A stretch of 61,397 nucleotides of DNA from a virus (taxonomy: Duplodnaviria; Caudoviricetes), in IMG/VR virus record IMGVR_UViG_3300042566_000075, positions 1-61,397 of that record. The stretch is one strand, 5' to 3'. A program made the translations under genes and the position numbers. The notes under the pieces were generated by a model. The model worked only from the letters and a program-made list of their open reading frames with translations. It made no database searches and was not told where the DNA came from. Shown here piece after piece: positions 45,698 through 53,929 of this stretch (position 1 is the stretch's first letter; each line of letters begins with the position of its first letter).

Positions 45698-46180
45698 ATG
45701 ACTAACACAGTATCAGTAACAGCAGCACGCAATGCCTACATGAAGGCTACCGAGTCTACATATGGTAAGCTGCGCGAATATGCCGAGAGCCTTACCGAGC
45801 AGCTAGGCGAAGGTTGGTGGCTTATCCCAATGAAAGGCCCGCTGTCTGGTAATGAAGCCAAGGTGCGGGAAGCTATCCGAGCAGAGAAGGCTCTAGTGCT
45901 TGAGCTAGCCAAGGAGAAGAAGGCCAAGAACCCTAAGTATAATGAGTATAAGCCTTGGTCTGACGTGCTTAAGTATGTGAAGCCTGAAGTCAAGAAGGGT
46001 GCTGGTGCTAATGCGCCACGGGATATCCACGACCGCTTTGTCACCGAGCTTACCAAGCTCTATAAGGCAGGCAAGGCAGATGAGAACCCGACCGAGGCAA
46101 CACTCGACGCTACGTTCTTTATCGGCAAGGGCCTCGAAATACTCGGCATCGACCTGACACAATTCAACCTAATGGACTAA
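45698..46180 (+). CDS. first early gene, hypothetical (160 aa)
   Basis: AGGAGCAAAC RBS before ATG 45698. Followed by two hairpins. Confidence 0.8.
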   Translation: MTNTVSVTAARNAYMKATESTYGKLREYAESLTEQLGEGWWLIPMKGPLSGNEAKVREAIRAEKALVLELAKEKKAKNPKYNEYKPWSDVLKYVKPEVKKGAGANAPRDIHDRFVTELTKLYKAGKADENPTEATLDATFFIGKGLEILGIDLTQFNLMD

Positions 46181-46187
46181 TCGGGAA

Positions 46188-46268
46188 GGGGAGGCGCAAG
46201 CCTCCCCGACCTAACTAAGTTACAACCCCTCACCGAACCCTCATGCGCAAGCATGGGGGTTTTTGTTT
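46188..46268 (+). terminator. GCAA-loop hairpin (46188-46207) plus intrinsic terminator (46236-46268)
   Basis: GGGGAGGC-GCAA-GCCTCCCC, then AACCCTCATGC-GCAA-GCATGGGGGTT-TTTGTTT. Confidence 0.85.
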
Positions 46269-46363
46269 GCACCTCGCACAGCAGGGTGAACGCGTCTAAC
46301 TTAGTTAGGTGTCGCCATGATAGTAGTCCTGCGGATGAGGCGACCAAGTGGGTAGGTGAAAAC

Positions 46364-46787
46364 CTTACAATACATAAACCTTACGTTACTAGCCCTAACT
46401 AAGTTAGACCCCCATGATAGTAAGCATGAGGATGAGGCGACCGAGGTATTGTAAGGAAAGTTGGGTAACGTAAGAAAAGTAAGCCCTATTGTAAGAAAAT
46501 GACCCACGCATTTCTGCGCTTTGTAAGGGTCGTAAGGGTTGTAAGGTTTTTTTCAGGGTTCGCTCCGGAAAGACGCCCTCTCGCAGATGCACCGCGTAAC
46601 CCGTAAGAAAAATCGCCCCAGCCCTTATTATTATTATTTTTACCTTACTTTCTTACATTACAACCAATTTCCTTACTGAAACCCGCAGGCTTCTGCCATT
46701 TTCTATTGTAAGTTTTTCTCTCTCACTTTTCTTACATTACCCCAATTTTCCTTACAAAGCGCAGTTTTCCGTCACCCATTTCCTTAC
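46364..46787. other. probable replication origin: inverted GTAAG/CTTAC iterons around an AT-rich core
   Basis: 18 GTAAG/CTTAC in about 425 bp. Orientation flips across TTATTATTATTATTTTT at 46625-46641. Confidence 0.7.
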
Positions 46788-46792
46788 ACTGC

Positions 46793-46870
46793 CTAACCTT
46801 GTTAGACGTGCCCGACCTCGTGCCCACATGACTTGACATAAGAGGGACTTTGTGTTACATTAAAAAGAAA
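46793..46870 (+). promoter_or_regulatory. early promoter module A
   Basis: Palindrome, CCCGACCTCGTGCCCACAT, TTGACA 46833-46838, 17 nt, TG-n-TACATT 46856-46861. Confidence 0.8.
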
Positions 46871-46930
46871 AACAAAAGGCCAGACAGGTTCGACCCAACG
46901 GACCTAACAAAGTTAGAGAAGGAGCAAAAT

Positions 46931-47122
46931 ATGCACTGCAATTGTGGCGATGAAATAAATCCGAGACGCGTAGCCCTTGGCTACCGAACATGTCCTGTGT
47001 GTGGGGACCGAGAGGCACGGCAGGTAAAGTTTACCACTGTGCCTCTCAACAAGTCCAACTACGTTGTGGTCTCCGACTACCGCGAACTGGCATGGCTCAA
47101 CCCTAAGAACGTCAACATCTAA
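46931..47122 (+). CDS. DksA/TraR-like C4 zinc-finger protein (63 aa)
   Basis: CNCGDEINPRRVALGYRTCPVC. GAAGGAGCAAA RBS. Confidence 0.6.
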   Translation: MHCNCGDEINPRRVALGYRTCPVCGDREARQVKFTTVPLNKSNYVVVSDYRELAWLNPKNVNI

Positions 47123-47133
47123 CAAAGTGAGGA

Positions 47134-47379
47134 ATGAAAATGGTTAGTGACTTAAGCATTAAGATGAAAGCGGCTGTCCTGCTACGCAGATATGACCAGC
47201 TACGCAGAGAGCTACGAGAGACAGAGTATGAGTTAGGCCCAGCCGTGGCCGAATACGGCATACAGACTGGACGCCGAGGCCTATCGAAAGACCACTTCCG
47301 TAGCGAACTTGAACGTGAGGAACTTATCCGACTGGAGATAGCAGCCGAGCGTGACGCATGGGAGAAAGCAAATGGATGA
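47134..47379 (+). CDS. hypothetical early protein
   Basis: 81-aa ORF with GAGG RBS. Confidence 0.65.
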   Translation: MKMVSDLSIKMKAAVLLRRYDQLRRELRETEYELGPAVAEYGIQTGRRGLSKDHFRSELEREELIRLEIAAERDAWEKANG

Positions 47380-47521
47380 GCTGAACGATTGGGACAAGGT
47401 AGCACTGGCCTTCGACATACTGGAGAACGCCGAGGTGATGCAGGAGTTTGACACAACACTATGGATACAGGTGGACCGCGACTTGTGGGAAGCCTTTTGC
47501 GAAGAAGGATATAACGGATGA
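47372..47521 (+). CDS. 49-aa acidic protein (not in ORF track), MDELNDWDKVALAFDILENAEVMQEFDTTLWIQVDRDLWEAFCEEGYNG
   Basis: GGAG RBS, overlaps both neighbours, 14 of 49 residues are D/E. Confidence 0.65.
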   Translation: MDELNDWDKVALAFDILENAEVMQEFDTTLWIQVDRDLWEAFCEEGYNG

Positions 47522-47676
47522 CCGAACAACCAACCAAAGACCGCAACTACTACCGCATGCTCACCAACAACGAGCTTATCGCCACCGCCAAGGAACGCTT
47601 ACACCTAACAGAGTTAGAGCAGGTGCTAACCGAGCGGTTACTAAAAGCCGAGCGCGAGAGGAAGAACAATGACTAA
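47518..47676 (+). CDS. 52-aa hypothetical protein (not in ORF track)
   Basis: ATGA overlap, AAGGA RBS. Confidence 0.6.
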   Translation: MTEQPTKDRNYYRMLTNNELIATAKERLHLTELEQVLTERLLKAERERKNND

Positions 47677-47767
47677 CACACTACTACATATAGCAGCCGA
47701 GATATTCTTCGTAAGCGCAGGTATCTTCGCAGTGTGGGCCATCCACACAACCATCAAGGGGAAATGA
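47669..47767 (+). CDS. 32-aa single-TM peptide (not in ORF track)
   Basis: MTNTLLHIAAEIFFVSAGIFAVWAIHTTIKGK. GAGG RBS, fills the gap. Confidence 0.55.
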   Translation: MTNTLLHIAAEIFFVSAGIFAVWAIHTTIKGK

Positions 47768-47768
47768 C

Positions 47769-48185
47769 ATGGGTTATCGGTCAGAAGTAGATGTAGTTAT
47801 CTACGCACCAGTGGACAGCGGCACATCATACCCGTTGCTCAAGCTGTGGTTCGACGAGAACTACCCCGTCAAGGAAGCCAAGGACGAATGGGAAGCGAGG
47901 ATTACCTACGACCCAGAGAGCCGAGGCATCTCCGTCTACTACAATGACGTGAAGTGGTATGACACCTACGAACATCCGCAAGCGGTGGAGAGAGTGTTCG
48001 ATGCCATCGACCGACTGCTAGACGAGCAAGCAGTGTTGGGCGACCCCACGGCGTTCAACATAGCATGGGAGTTTGTGCGCCTTGGCGAGGAAGACCAAGA
48101 CACCGAGATAAGGATGAGCGCCAACGCAGATGCGGTAATCGCAGTGAACCGCTCAACAGAGATATCGTTTCAATCACAAGCCTAA
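47769..48185 (+). CDS. acidic early protein (MGYRSEV...KWY...FVRLGE type)
   Basis: 138-aa ORF in the early operon. Confidence 0.75.
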   Translation: MGYRSEVDVVIYAPVDSGTSYPLLKLWFDENYPVKEAKDEWEARITYDPESRGISVYYNDVKWYDTYEHPQAVERVFDAIDRLLDEQAVLGDPTAFNIAWEFVRLGEEDQDTEIRMSANADAVIAVNRSTEISFQSQA

Positions 48186-48207
48186 CAAAGTTAGAAGGAG
48201 CAAACAC

Positions 48208-49152
48208 ATGGGCTGGAATAATCACTACCGCAACTGGGACATACCCAGACTTGCATCATACAACGACGCAGTGAAGCGCGAGGCGACAGTCAAACCTATT
48301 CGCGGCGATGCTAACGGAACTAAGCCGCTGGGTGCGCGCAACAAGAAATACTACAACATACGCAAGGAGGGTAATGACATCGTGGTGCGGATGCATGCCA
48401 CGGACATCGTGCGTTACCATCCAGATAATACGCTAACCATACAGAATGGTGGCTGGGTATCGCCCTCGACGCACGACATGTTCAACATGTTACTTGGGCT
48501 ACATATGCGCACCTTCCACTACAGGGCTTGGGTTACTTGCTACATGCGCAGGGCCATAGGGTCAAACGCGCCTGAGATTGTGCATGGCGAGTGGCGGCTA
48601 CCTAACAACGTGCCAGTGAGGATTGTCCCGCACGAAGGCCACTGGCTACTCGACGACATGGAAGAGAACGTGACGCATGCGGTCAACCGCAAGGCAGCTA
48701 ACAAAGTTAGGAAGGAATACGCAGGGTTTCGGACATACCTCTCCGCAATGACCAAGCTGCGCACCGAGTATGTATCGCAGCCGCGCTGGAATGGGCCTGA
48801 TGTGACCCTACCCGTGGTGAAGGTAAGCCGCAGTGAGCTTGAGGCGCACAACCTCATAGACTACACCGCTGTGGTGGAAGCTAACCGCAAGTGCGCGTCA
48901 CAAGGAGACAACCTCAAGGGACTGATACGTAGCGACAAGCCGGAGGATAACTACCGAGCCTTGCTTACTATCATGAGAAGTGCCCACGAGGGACGGTATT
49001 GGATTAGCTCCGAGGGTATATCCATCGCACCAGAGCGCATAACCAAAACGTTCGAAGAACTAGTCATGTTCATGCACCGCTATGAGGTGCTGGAGCGCAA
49101 GCCAGCGAAGCGGGGTGTGCCGACACGGGACCGCTATATAAATTGGTTCTAA
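48208..49152 (+). CDS. hypothetical early protein (314 aa)
   Basis: GAAGGAGCAAAC RBS. Confidence 0.8.
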   Translation: MGWNNHYRNWDIPRLASYNDAVKREATVKPIRGDANGTKPLGARNKKYYNIRKEGNDIVVRMHATDIVRYHPDNTLTIQNGGWVSPSTHDMFNMLLGLHMRTFHYRAWVTCYMRRAIGSNAPEIVHGEWRLPNNVPVRIVPHEGHWLLDDMEENVTHAVNRKAANKVRKEYAGFRTYLSAMTKLRTEYVSQPRWNGPDVTLPVVKVSRSELEAHNLIDYTAVVEANRKCASQGDNLKGLIRSDKPEDNYRALLTIMRSAHEGRYWISSEGISIAPERITKTFEELVMFMHRYEVLERKPAKRGVPTRDRYINWF

Positions 49153-49228
49153 CAAAGTTAGAGGTCCCCGACCTCGTGCCCACATCACTTGACTTGGGTA
49201 TATTATTGTGCTACAATAAAAAGAAAAA
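49149..49228 (+). promoter_or_regulatory. early promoter module B
   Basis: Palindrome, CCCGACCTCGTGCCCACAT, TTGACT 49189-49194, 17 nt, TG-n-TACAAT 49212-49217. Confidence 0.85.
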
Positions 49229-49291
49229 GCTGGGAAATCAGCCACCTAGAGTAAACAAACCTAACAAAGTTACACACGAAGGAGCAATATA

Positions 49292-50359
49292 ATGTCTATT
49301 GATTTTGGTTCAAACATCTCGCTTGCCGAAGCCGCAGAGCTTATCGCAGCTATCCCCGACAATCGGTTCCTACTTGAGGGTGAGCCTGGGATTGGCAAGT
49401 CCAGTATCATGAAGTCGCTCAAGGCCAAGCTAGGTGACCGCTACGTCTATGCCTACTTTGACTGCGCTCAGAAAGACCTTGGCGACATCGCCATGCCGAG
49501 CGTGAACCGCGAGCTACGGGTAACAGAGTATTTCCCCAATGCTGCGCTCCAGTTGCAGCATGGCAAGCCAGCAGTCATCATGCTTGACGAGTTTGCTAAG
49601 GCTCCGCCGCCTGTGCAGAATATGCTTCACCCGCTACTCGAAGAACACAACCCACGGCTAGGCGACATTGAGCTACATCCAGACTCAATCGTGTTCCTTA
49701 CGTCTAACTTGTCAAGCGATGGTGTTGGCGATGTTATCAAGGGCCATACTCTTAACAGAGTATCCAGAGTGCGCGTAGCCAAACCAGACAGCGACCAGTG
49801 GCTTGAGTGGGCTATCAACAACGACATCGAGCCTGTTGTCATGGCTTGGGTAAAGCAGTTCCCTCATGCGCTGGCTTCATACACTGACGGCACGCAGAAC
49901 GAGAACGCATATATCTACAACCCCAAGGCTATGCAAAAGTCGTATGTCAGCCCACGCTCTTTGTCTCGTGCTTCTAACATAGTTAGGCGTCGTGAGCAGG
50001 TATCATCCAACGCTCTTACCGCTGCGCTATCAGGCACAATCGGTGAGGCAGCAGCGCGGGATATGCAAGCCTACATCACATACCAAGACCAGCTACCGAC
50101 ATGGGAACACATCACATCCAAGCCCAATGATGCGGCTATCCCTGCGTCAGCAGGTGCATGTGCGGTGCTTATCTTCGGTGCAATCATGAAGGTGACCAAA
50201 GAGACAATGGCTCCGTTCATGACCTACCTGTCTCGCTTCGAACCAGAGTGGCAAGCATGCTTCGCTATTAACATTGCGAAGAACCCACAGCGTCAGTCGG
50301 TTGCGTTTTCATCCGCTGCGTTCGCTAACTGGGTGCGGGACAATGAGGACTTACTCTAA
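49292..50359 (+). CDS. MoxR/dynein-related AAA+ ATPase
   Basis: GEPGIGKS Walker A, IMLDEF Walker B, TSN sensor I, LNR and SPRS motifs. Confidence 0.88.
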   Translation: MSIDFGSNISLAEAAELIAAIPDNRFLLEGEPGIGKSSIMKSLKAKLGDRYVYAYFDCAQKDLGDIAMPSVNRELRVTEYFPNAALQLQHGKPAVIMLDEFAKAPPPVQNMLHPLLEEHNPRLGDIELHPDSIVFLTSNLSSDGVGDVIKGHTLNRVSRVRVAKPDSDQWLEWAINNDIEPVVMAWVKQFPHALASYTDGTQNENAYIYNPKAMQKSYVSPRSLSRASNIVRRREQVSSNALTAALSGTIGEAAARDMQAYITYQDQLPTWEHITSKPNDAAIPASAGACAVLIFGAIMKVTKETMAPFMTYLSRFEPEWQACFAINIAKNPQRQSVAFSSAAFANWVRDNEDLL

Positions 50360-50381
50360 TACCAACACAAGGAGCAAACTA

Positions 50382-51578
50382 ATGGATATGCAGAAAGCAG
50401 AGCGTAAGCTCAAGAAAGTCAAGATTAACCTCATGCGCAACCCCATGTTCGCATTGTGGTCTGGCATCATGATGGTCGGTAAGACTAGCGTAGCAGAGGA
50501 CGTGCCAACGGCATGCACCAATGGCCGCGACGAGATATACGGCTTGGAGTTCATAACAAAGTTAGACGAGAAGCAGCTAGGGTTCGTCGTGCTACACGAG
50601 AACATGCACAAGGGCTTACGCCACATGACAACATGGCAGAAGCTCCGAGCAGAGAACCCACGCCTAGCTAACATCGCAATGGACCATGTAATCAACCTTA
50701 TGATTATGGAGATGGACCCGAACGAGCAAGTCATCGCCATGCCTCGCCTTGATGATGGCACACCGATGGCGTGTTACGATACCAAATACAAAGGCATGAA
50801 CACCAAGCAAGTCTTCGACCTACTGAAGCAGGACAATCCAGATGGCGAAGGTGGCGAAGGCTTCGACGAGCATGACTGGGATGGGGCCAAGGAGATGACC
50901 GCCGAGGACCGCAAGGAACTAGAGCGCGAGGTGGACCAAGCCCTACGCCAAGGCCAGATAGCAGCTATGAAAGCTACGGGTAAAGGTGGGCTAAGTGTCA
51001 ACCGAGAGCTAGGCGACATGCTCCAGCCACAGATAGACTGGCGCGAAGCACTGCGTGAGTTTGTGTCCGCTACCTGCAATGCCAAGGATGCGTCATCATG
51101 GCGCAGGGTCAACAGGCGCATGCTGGGCCAAGATGTGTATCTTCCTACGCTAGTAGGGGAGAAGGTCGGACATATCGCTATCGGCATAGACACAAGTGGC
51201 TCTATCGGTGCGGACGAACTCAATGTGTTCCTGTCCGAGGTCAAGGCTATCGTCGAGGAGGTGCATCCCGACAAGCTAGACCTCATCTATTGGGATGGCA
51301 ACGTAGCGGGGCATGAGGTCTACGACATGGCAACTATGTCTAACCTTGTTAGCTCTACTAAGCCAGTAGGTGGAGGCGGCACTGACCCAACCTGTATGAT
51401 GCGCTACCTCAAGGAACAGAACATCAAGCCAGAGTGCATCATCCAGCTGACTGACGGGTATGTCTGTGACTGGGGTGACGAGTGGGATGCGCCCATCATG
51501 TGGGTAATCTCAGAGTCGCGCTACACATCGGGACGTATCGTAGCGCCAGTGGGTAAGACTGTGCATATCAAGGGGTAA
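50382..51578 (+). CDS. putative metallopeptidase plus VWA-like domain protein (DUF2201-type)
   Basis: TACTNG, HENMH (HExxH), IDTSGSI MIDAS, GGGGT and LTDG motifs. Start at ATG 50382. Confidence 0.85.
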   Translation: MDMQKAERKLKKVKINLMRNPMFALWSGIMMVGKTSVAEDVPTACTNGRDEIYGLEFITKLDEKQLGFVVLHENMHKGLRHMTTWQKLRAENPRLANIAMDHVINLMIMEMDPNEQVIAMPRLDDGTPMACYDTKYKGMNTKQVFDLLKQDNPDGEGGEGFDEHDWDGAKEMTAEDRKELEREVDQALRQGQIAAMKATGKGGLSVNRELGDMLQPQIDWREALREFVSATCNAKDASSWRRVNRRMLGQDVYLPTLVGEKVGHIAIGIDTSGSIGADELNVFLSEVKAIVEEVHPDKLDLIYWDGNVAGHEVYDMATMSNLVSSTKPVGGGGTDPTCMMRYLKEQNIKPECIIQLTDGYVCDWGDEWDAPIMWVISESRYTSGRIVAPVGKTVHIKG

Positions 51579-51588
51579 GGAGCAAACA

Positions 51589-51834
51589 ATGACTAAAGCA
51601 ATCATACGTTACGGCTACGACAACTATATCGTGGAGGCAGAGGATGCGCTGCGCATACATGAAATCCTAGCCAAGGCTGAACACTACCATAGGAACTACC
51701 GCTCAACAGCAGATGGCGGCACTACCTACCATGTCTGGGAGCAGGACATGAGCAGTGAGATGCGTGACATAACGCTTATGCCCGATGGCCTTTACCGCAT
51801 GGCAAAGCTGGCGGGTAAACCAGAAGATAAATAA
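51589..51834 (+). CDS. hypothetical early protein
   Basis: 81 aa, AAGGAGCAAAC RBS. Confidence 0.75.
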   Translation: MTKAIIRYGYDNYIVEAEDALRIHEILAKAEHYHRNYRSTADGGTTYHVWEQDMSSEMRDITLMPDGLYRMAKLAGKPEDK

Positions 51835-51896
51835 AATACCGGATAGCAAACCGGACGACCTAACTAGGTTACATATAACACAATAGGAGCAAACTA

Positions 51897-52739
51897 ATGA
51901 GCATTACATCTTCGTCGGTTCTTGTCGAACTGAACATCTCCGTCTGGACAGCCAACAAGCTGGACAAGGACACCACCACCAAGCTGACCGCTGACAGCAA
52001 CGCGACTAGCGACGCAGCCCAAGTGCGTAAGAACCTCATGGCTGGCACAACCTTACGCAAGGACATAGCGGACTTCGCTGCGCTGTGCCGCACATGGCAC
52101 AACAGCCAGACCCTACCTTGGGCAGACCGAGGTTCTAGGCTACTACCCACAAGCCTCTTCATGGCATACAAGACCGAGGTTAACGCACGACGCGCTACGT
52201 TCACGCAGTTGGTAGATAAGTTTCGCCTCGAATACCCGAAGCTGATGACCACTGCGGCACAGCACATGGGCGACCTACATGACCCTGCAGATTATCCGAG
52301 CGTGGATGAGGTGATGGACAAGTTTGGCTTCCGCCTTGTGTTCTCTCCTGTGCCAGAGGCGGGTGACTTCCGTGTGGACATACCCAACCAAGAACTCGAC
52401 GCCATACGCAAGGAATATGATGCTAACTTTGTTAGCCGTGTTGACGAAGCCATGCGCACCCCGTGGGAGCAACTGCACAAGATGCTGACCACTATGTCTA
52501 ACAAGCTAGGGCTAGAGGAGAAGACCCGCTGGCACGACACCTTCCTCACGAACGCACAGGAGATGTGCGGGATGCTTACTCACCTCAACCTCACTGGCGA
52601 CCCCAAGCTAGAGGATGCGCGGCGCAAGCTGGAGTCGGCGTTGATTGGCTTGGATATTGATGACCTCAAGGAAAGCGAAGACATCCGCACCAACGTCAAG
52701 GGCAAGCTCGATACAATCCTTTCGGGATTTGATTGGTAA
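51897..52739 (+). CDS. DUF3150-like protein
   Basis: LNISVW..TLPW...G.RLLP...LNLTGDP.L pattern. Linked to the AAA/VWA pair. Confidence 0.65.
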   Translation: MSITSSSVLVELNISVWTANKLDKDTTTKLTADSNATSDAAQVRKNLMAGTTLRKDIADFAALCRTWHNSQTLPWADRGSRLLPTSLFMAYKTEVNARRATFTQLVDKFRLEYPKLMTTAAQHMGDLHDPADYPSVDEVMDKFGFRLVFSPVPEAGDFRVDIPNQELDAIRKEYDANFVSRVDEAMRTPWEQLHKMLTTMSNKLGLEEKTRWHDTFLTNAQEMCGMLTHLNLTGDPKLEDARRKLESALIGLDIDDLKESEDIRTNVKGKLDTILSGFDW

Positions 52740-52762
52740 GGCACAGGTAAGGAGTAACAACA

Positions 52763-53632
52763 ATGACTAAGCAACTATACCCATGCGAGGGTTTCCCGAA
52801 CGTATATATCAACCGCAACCCCGCCTTCGTAGACCGTACTACGCGGTTTGTGGTCCACGACAGGATGCTACCTCTAATAGAGGAGCTGTGTAAGCACCGC
52901 CCACAATGGACGTTTAAATCCCTTAACGCATCAATAAACACAGATGTAGTGGCGGCACATCACTTTGATGTTTATGAGAACGGCCAGTCGCTAGGCGAAA
53001 TCTCCGTTGAGTCAGGCTATCGCGCTGATACAGGGTCGATAACCTATTACCGGTTCGACAACCCAAGGTTGTCCGGTAAGCGCCAGCGCGGTATTTGGAA
53101 TAAAACCAGTAAGCTCGACCTAGCAGTGAAGAACATACTTAAAGCCTTTCACGCTAAGACGTTAGCCGAGACCATTGTAGAGGTCGAGCGACAGATAGAG
53201 GTTAAGCTGAACGAGAATACTAGGACTGCTAATGCAGATTTTGACAGCGGCTTCAGACGCATGGGCGCGTTCCTCACGGGATATGTAATGAGAAACTGGG
53301 ATGCGGTAGCACCTGCGCTAAAGGCAGCGGGCGCACCAGTGCCAGACGACCTGCCTGAGCGTCTTGCCGTTAGGAACGAAGCAGAGGGTGTAGAACTGGC
53401 CTACCGCAACCAAGGAGGGTTTACTATAATCACGCGAGGCAGCGACTACATCATGGTGCGCGGCTTCGGGGACGAGCGAGAGACAGAGGTCAAGTCCAGC
53501 GAACAGCTGACAGACAACATCCGCCGTAACCTTGGCTTCCTCAAACTGACCGAGGGCAGTGCGATTATACCCAACGTAGGTGTGCGACTTAACGAGAGCA
53601 CCTTCTTTGTTATTGATAAGGAACTTGTATGA
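52763..53632 (+). CDS. hypothetical early protein (289 aa)
   Basis: AAGGAGTAAC RBS. Confidence 0.8.
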   Translation: MTKQLYPCEGFPNVYINRNPAFVDRTTRFVVHDRMLPLIEELCKHRPQWTFKSLNASINTDVVAAHHFDVYENGQSLGEISVESGYRADTGSITYYRFDNPRLSGKRQRGIWNKTSKLDLAVKNILKAFHAKTLAETIVEVERQIEVKLNENTRTANADFDSGFRRMGAFLTGYVMRNWDAVAPALKAAGAPVPDDLPERLAVRNEAEGVELAYRNQGGFTIITRGSDYIMVRGFGDERETEVKSSEQLTDNIRRNLGFLKLTEGSAIIPNVGVRLNESTFFVIDKELV

Positions 53633-53805
53633 CCGAGGAACTAAAACGCAAACGCGGACAGCGTGGGCTGGGCAAGCGTCCGGCCTTGGGAGGTCACGTT
53701 ACCATACGCCTATCGAGCGAAGCTATGGACTTCTATAGGAGCTTCCCTAGCTTCACAGCTAAGATGCGTGAAGTCTTAACAGACTACGCTGATACACACA
53801 GATAA
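53629..53805 (+). CDS. 58-aa BrnA-antitoxin-like ribbon-helix-helix protein (not in ORF track)
   Basis: RGQRGLGKRPALGGHVTIRLSSEAMDFYRSFPSFTAKMREVL fits the GRP..VTIRL..V..F...RIN..L layout. ATGA overlap, AAGGA RBS. Confidence 0.7.
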   Translation: MTEELKRKRGQRGLGKRPALGGHVTIRLSSEAMDFYRSFPSFTAKMREVLTDYADTHR

Positions 53806-53863
53806 CATATAGTTGCTCCTAACTATGTTAGACTAGGCCGCCTTTCGGGGCGGTCTTTTTTTT
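53803..53863 (+). ncRNA. candidate anti-Shine-Dalgarno small RNA 2 (3'-UTR hairpin with GCUCCU loop plus terminator)
   Basis: TAACAT(AT)AGTT-GCTCCT-AACTATGTTA hairpin at 53803-53830, then terminator. Confidence 0.5.
53836..53863 (+). terminator. rho-independent terminator ending the early operon
   Basis: GGCCGCCT-TTCG-GGGCGGTC followed by T8. Confidence 0.92.
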
Positions 53864-53875
53864 CTTCATTAGCGT

Positions 53876-53903
53876 TTGACAATGTAAATTGAGGGTGTAT
53901 GGT
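53876..53903 (+). promoter_or_regulatory. sigma70-like middle promoter
   Basis: TTGACA 53876-53881, 16 nt, TATGGT 53898-53903. Confidence 0.6.
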
Positions 53904-53929
53904 GAGGAGCCAAACAAGGAGTAAACAAG

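Noticed and set aside
53776-53820. Minus-strand 10-codon ORF MLSVCISVVC with AGGAG RBS
   Set aside because: Antisense to the RHH gene, no minus-strand promoter seen, and the RBS and ATG lie within the hairpin. Kept only as an alternative explanation for the 53803 element.
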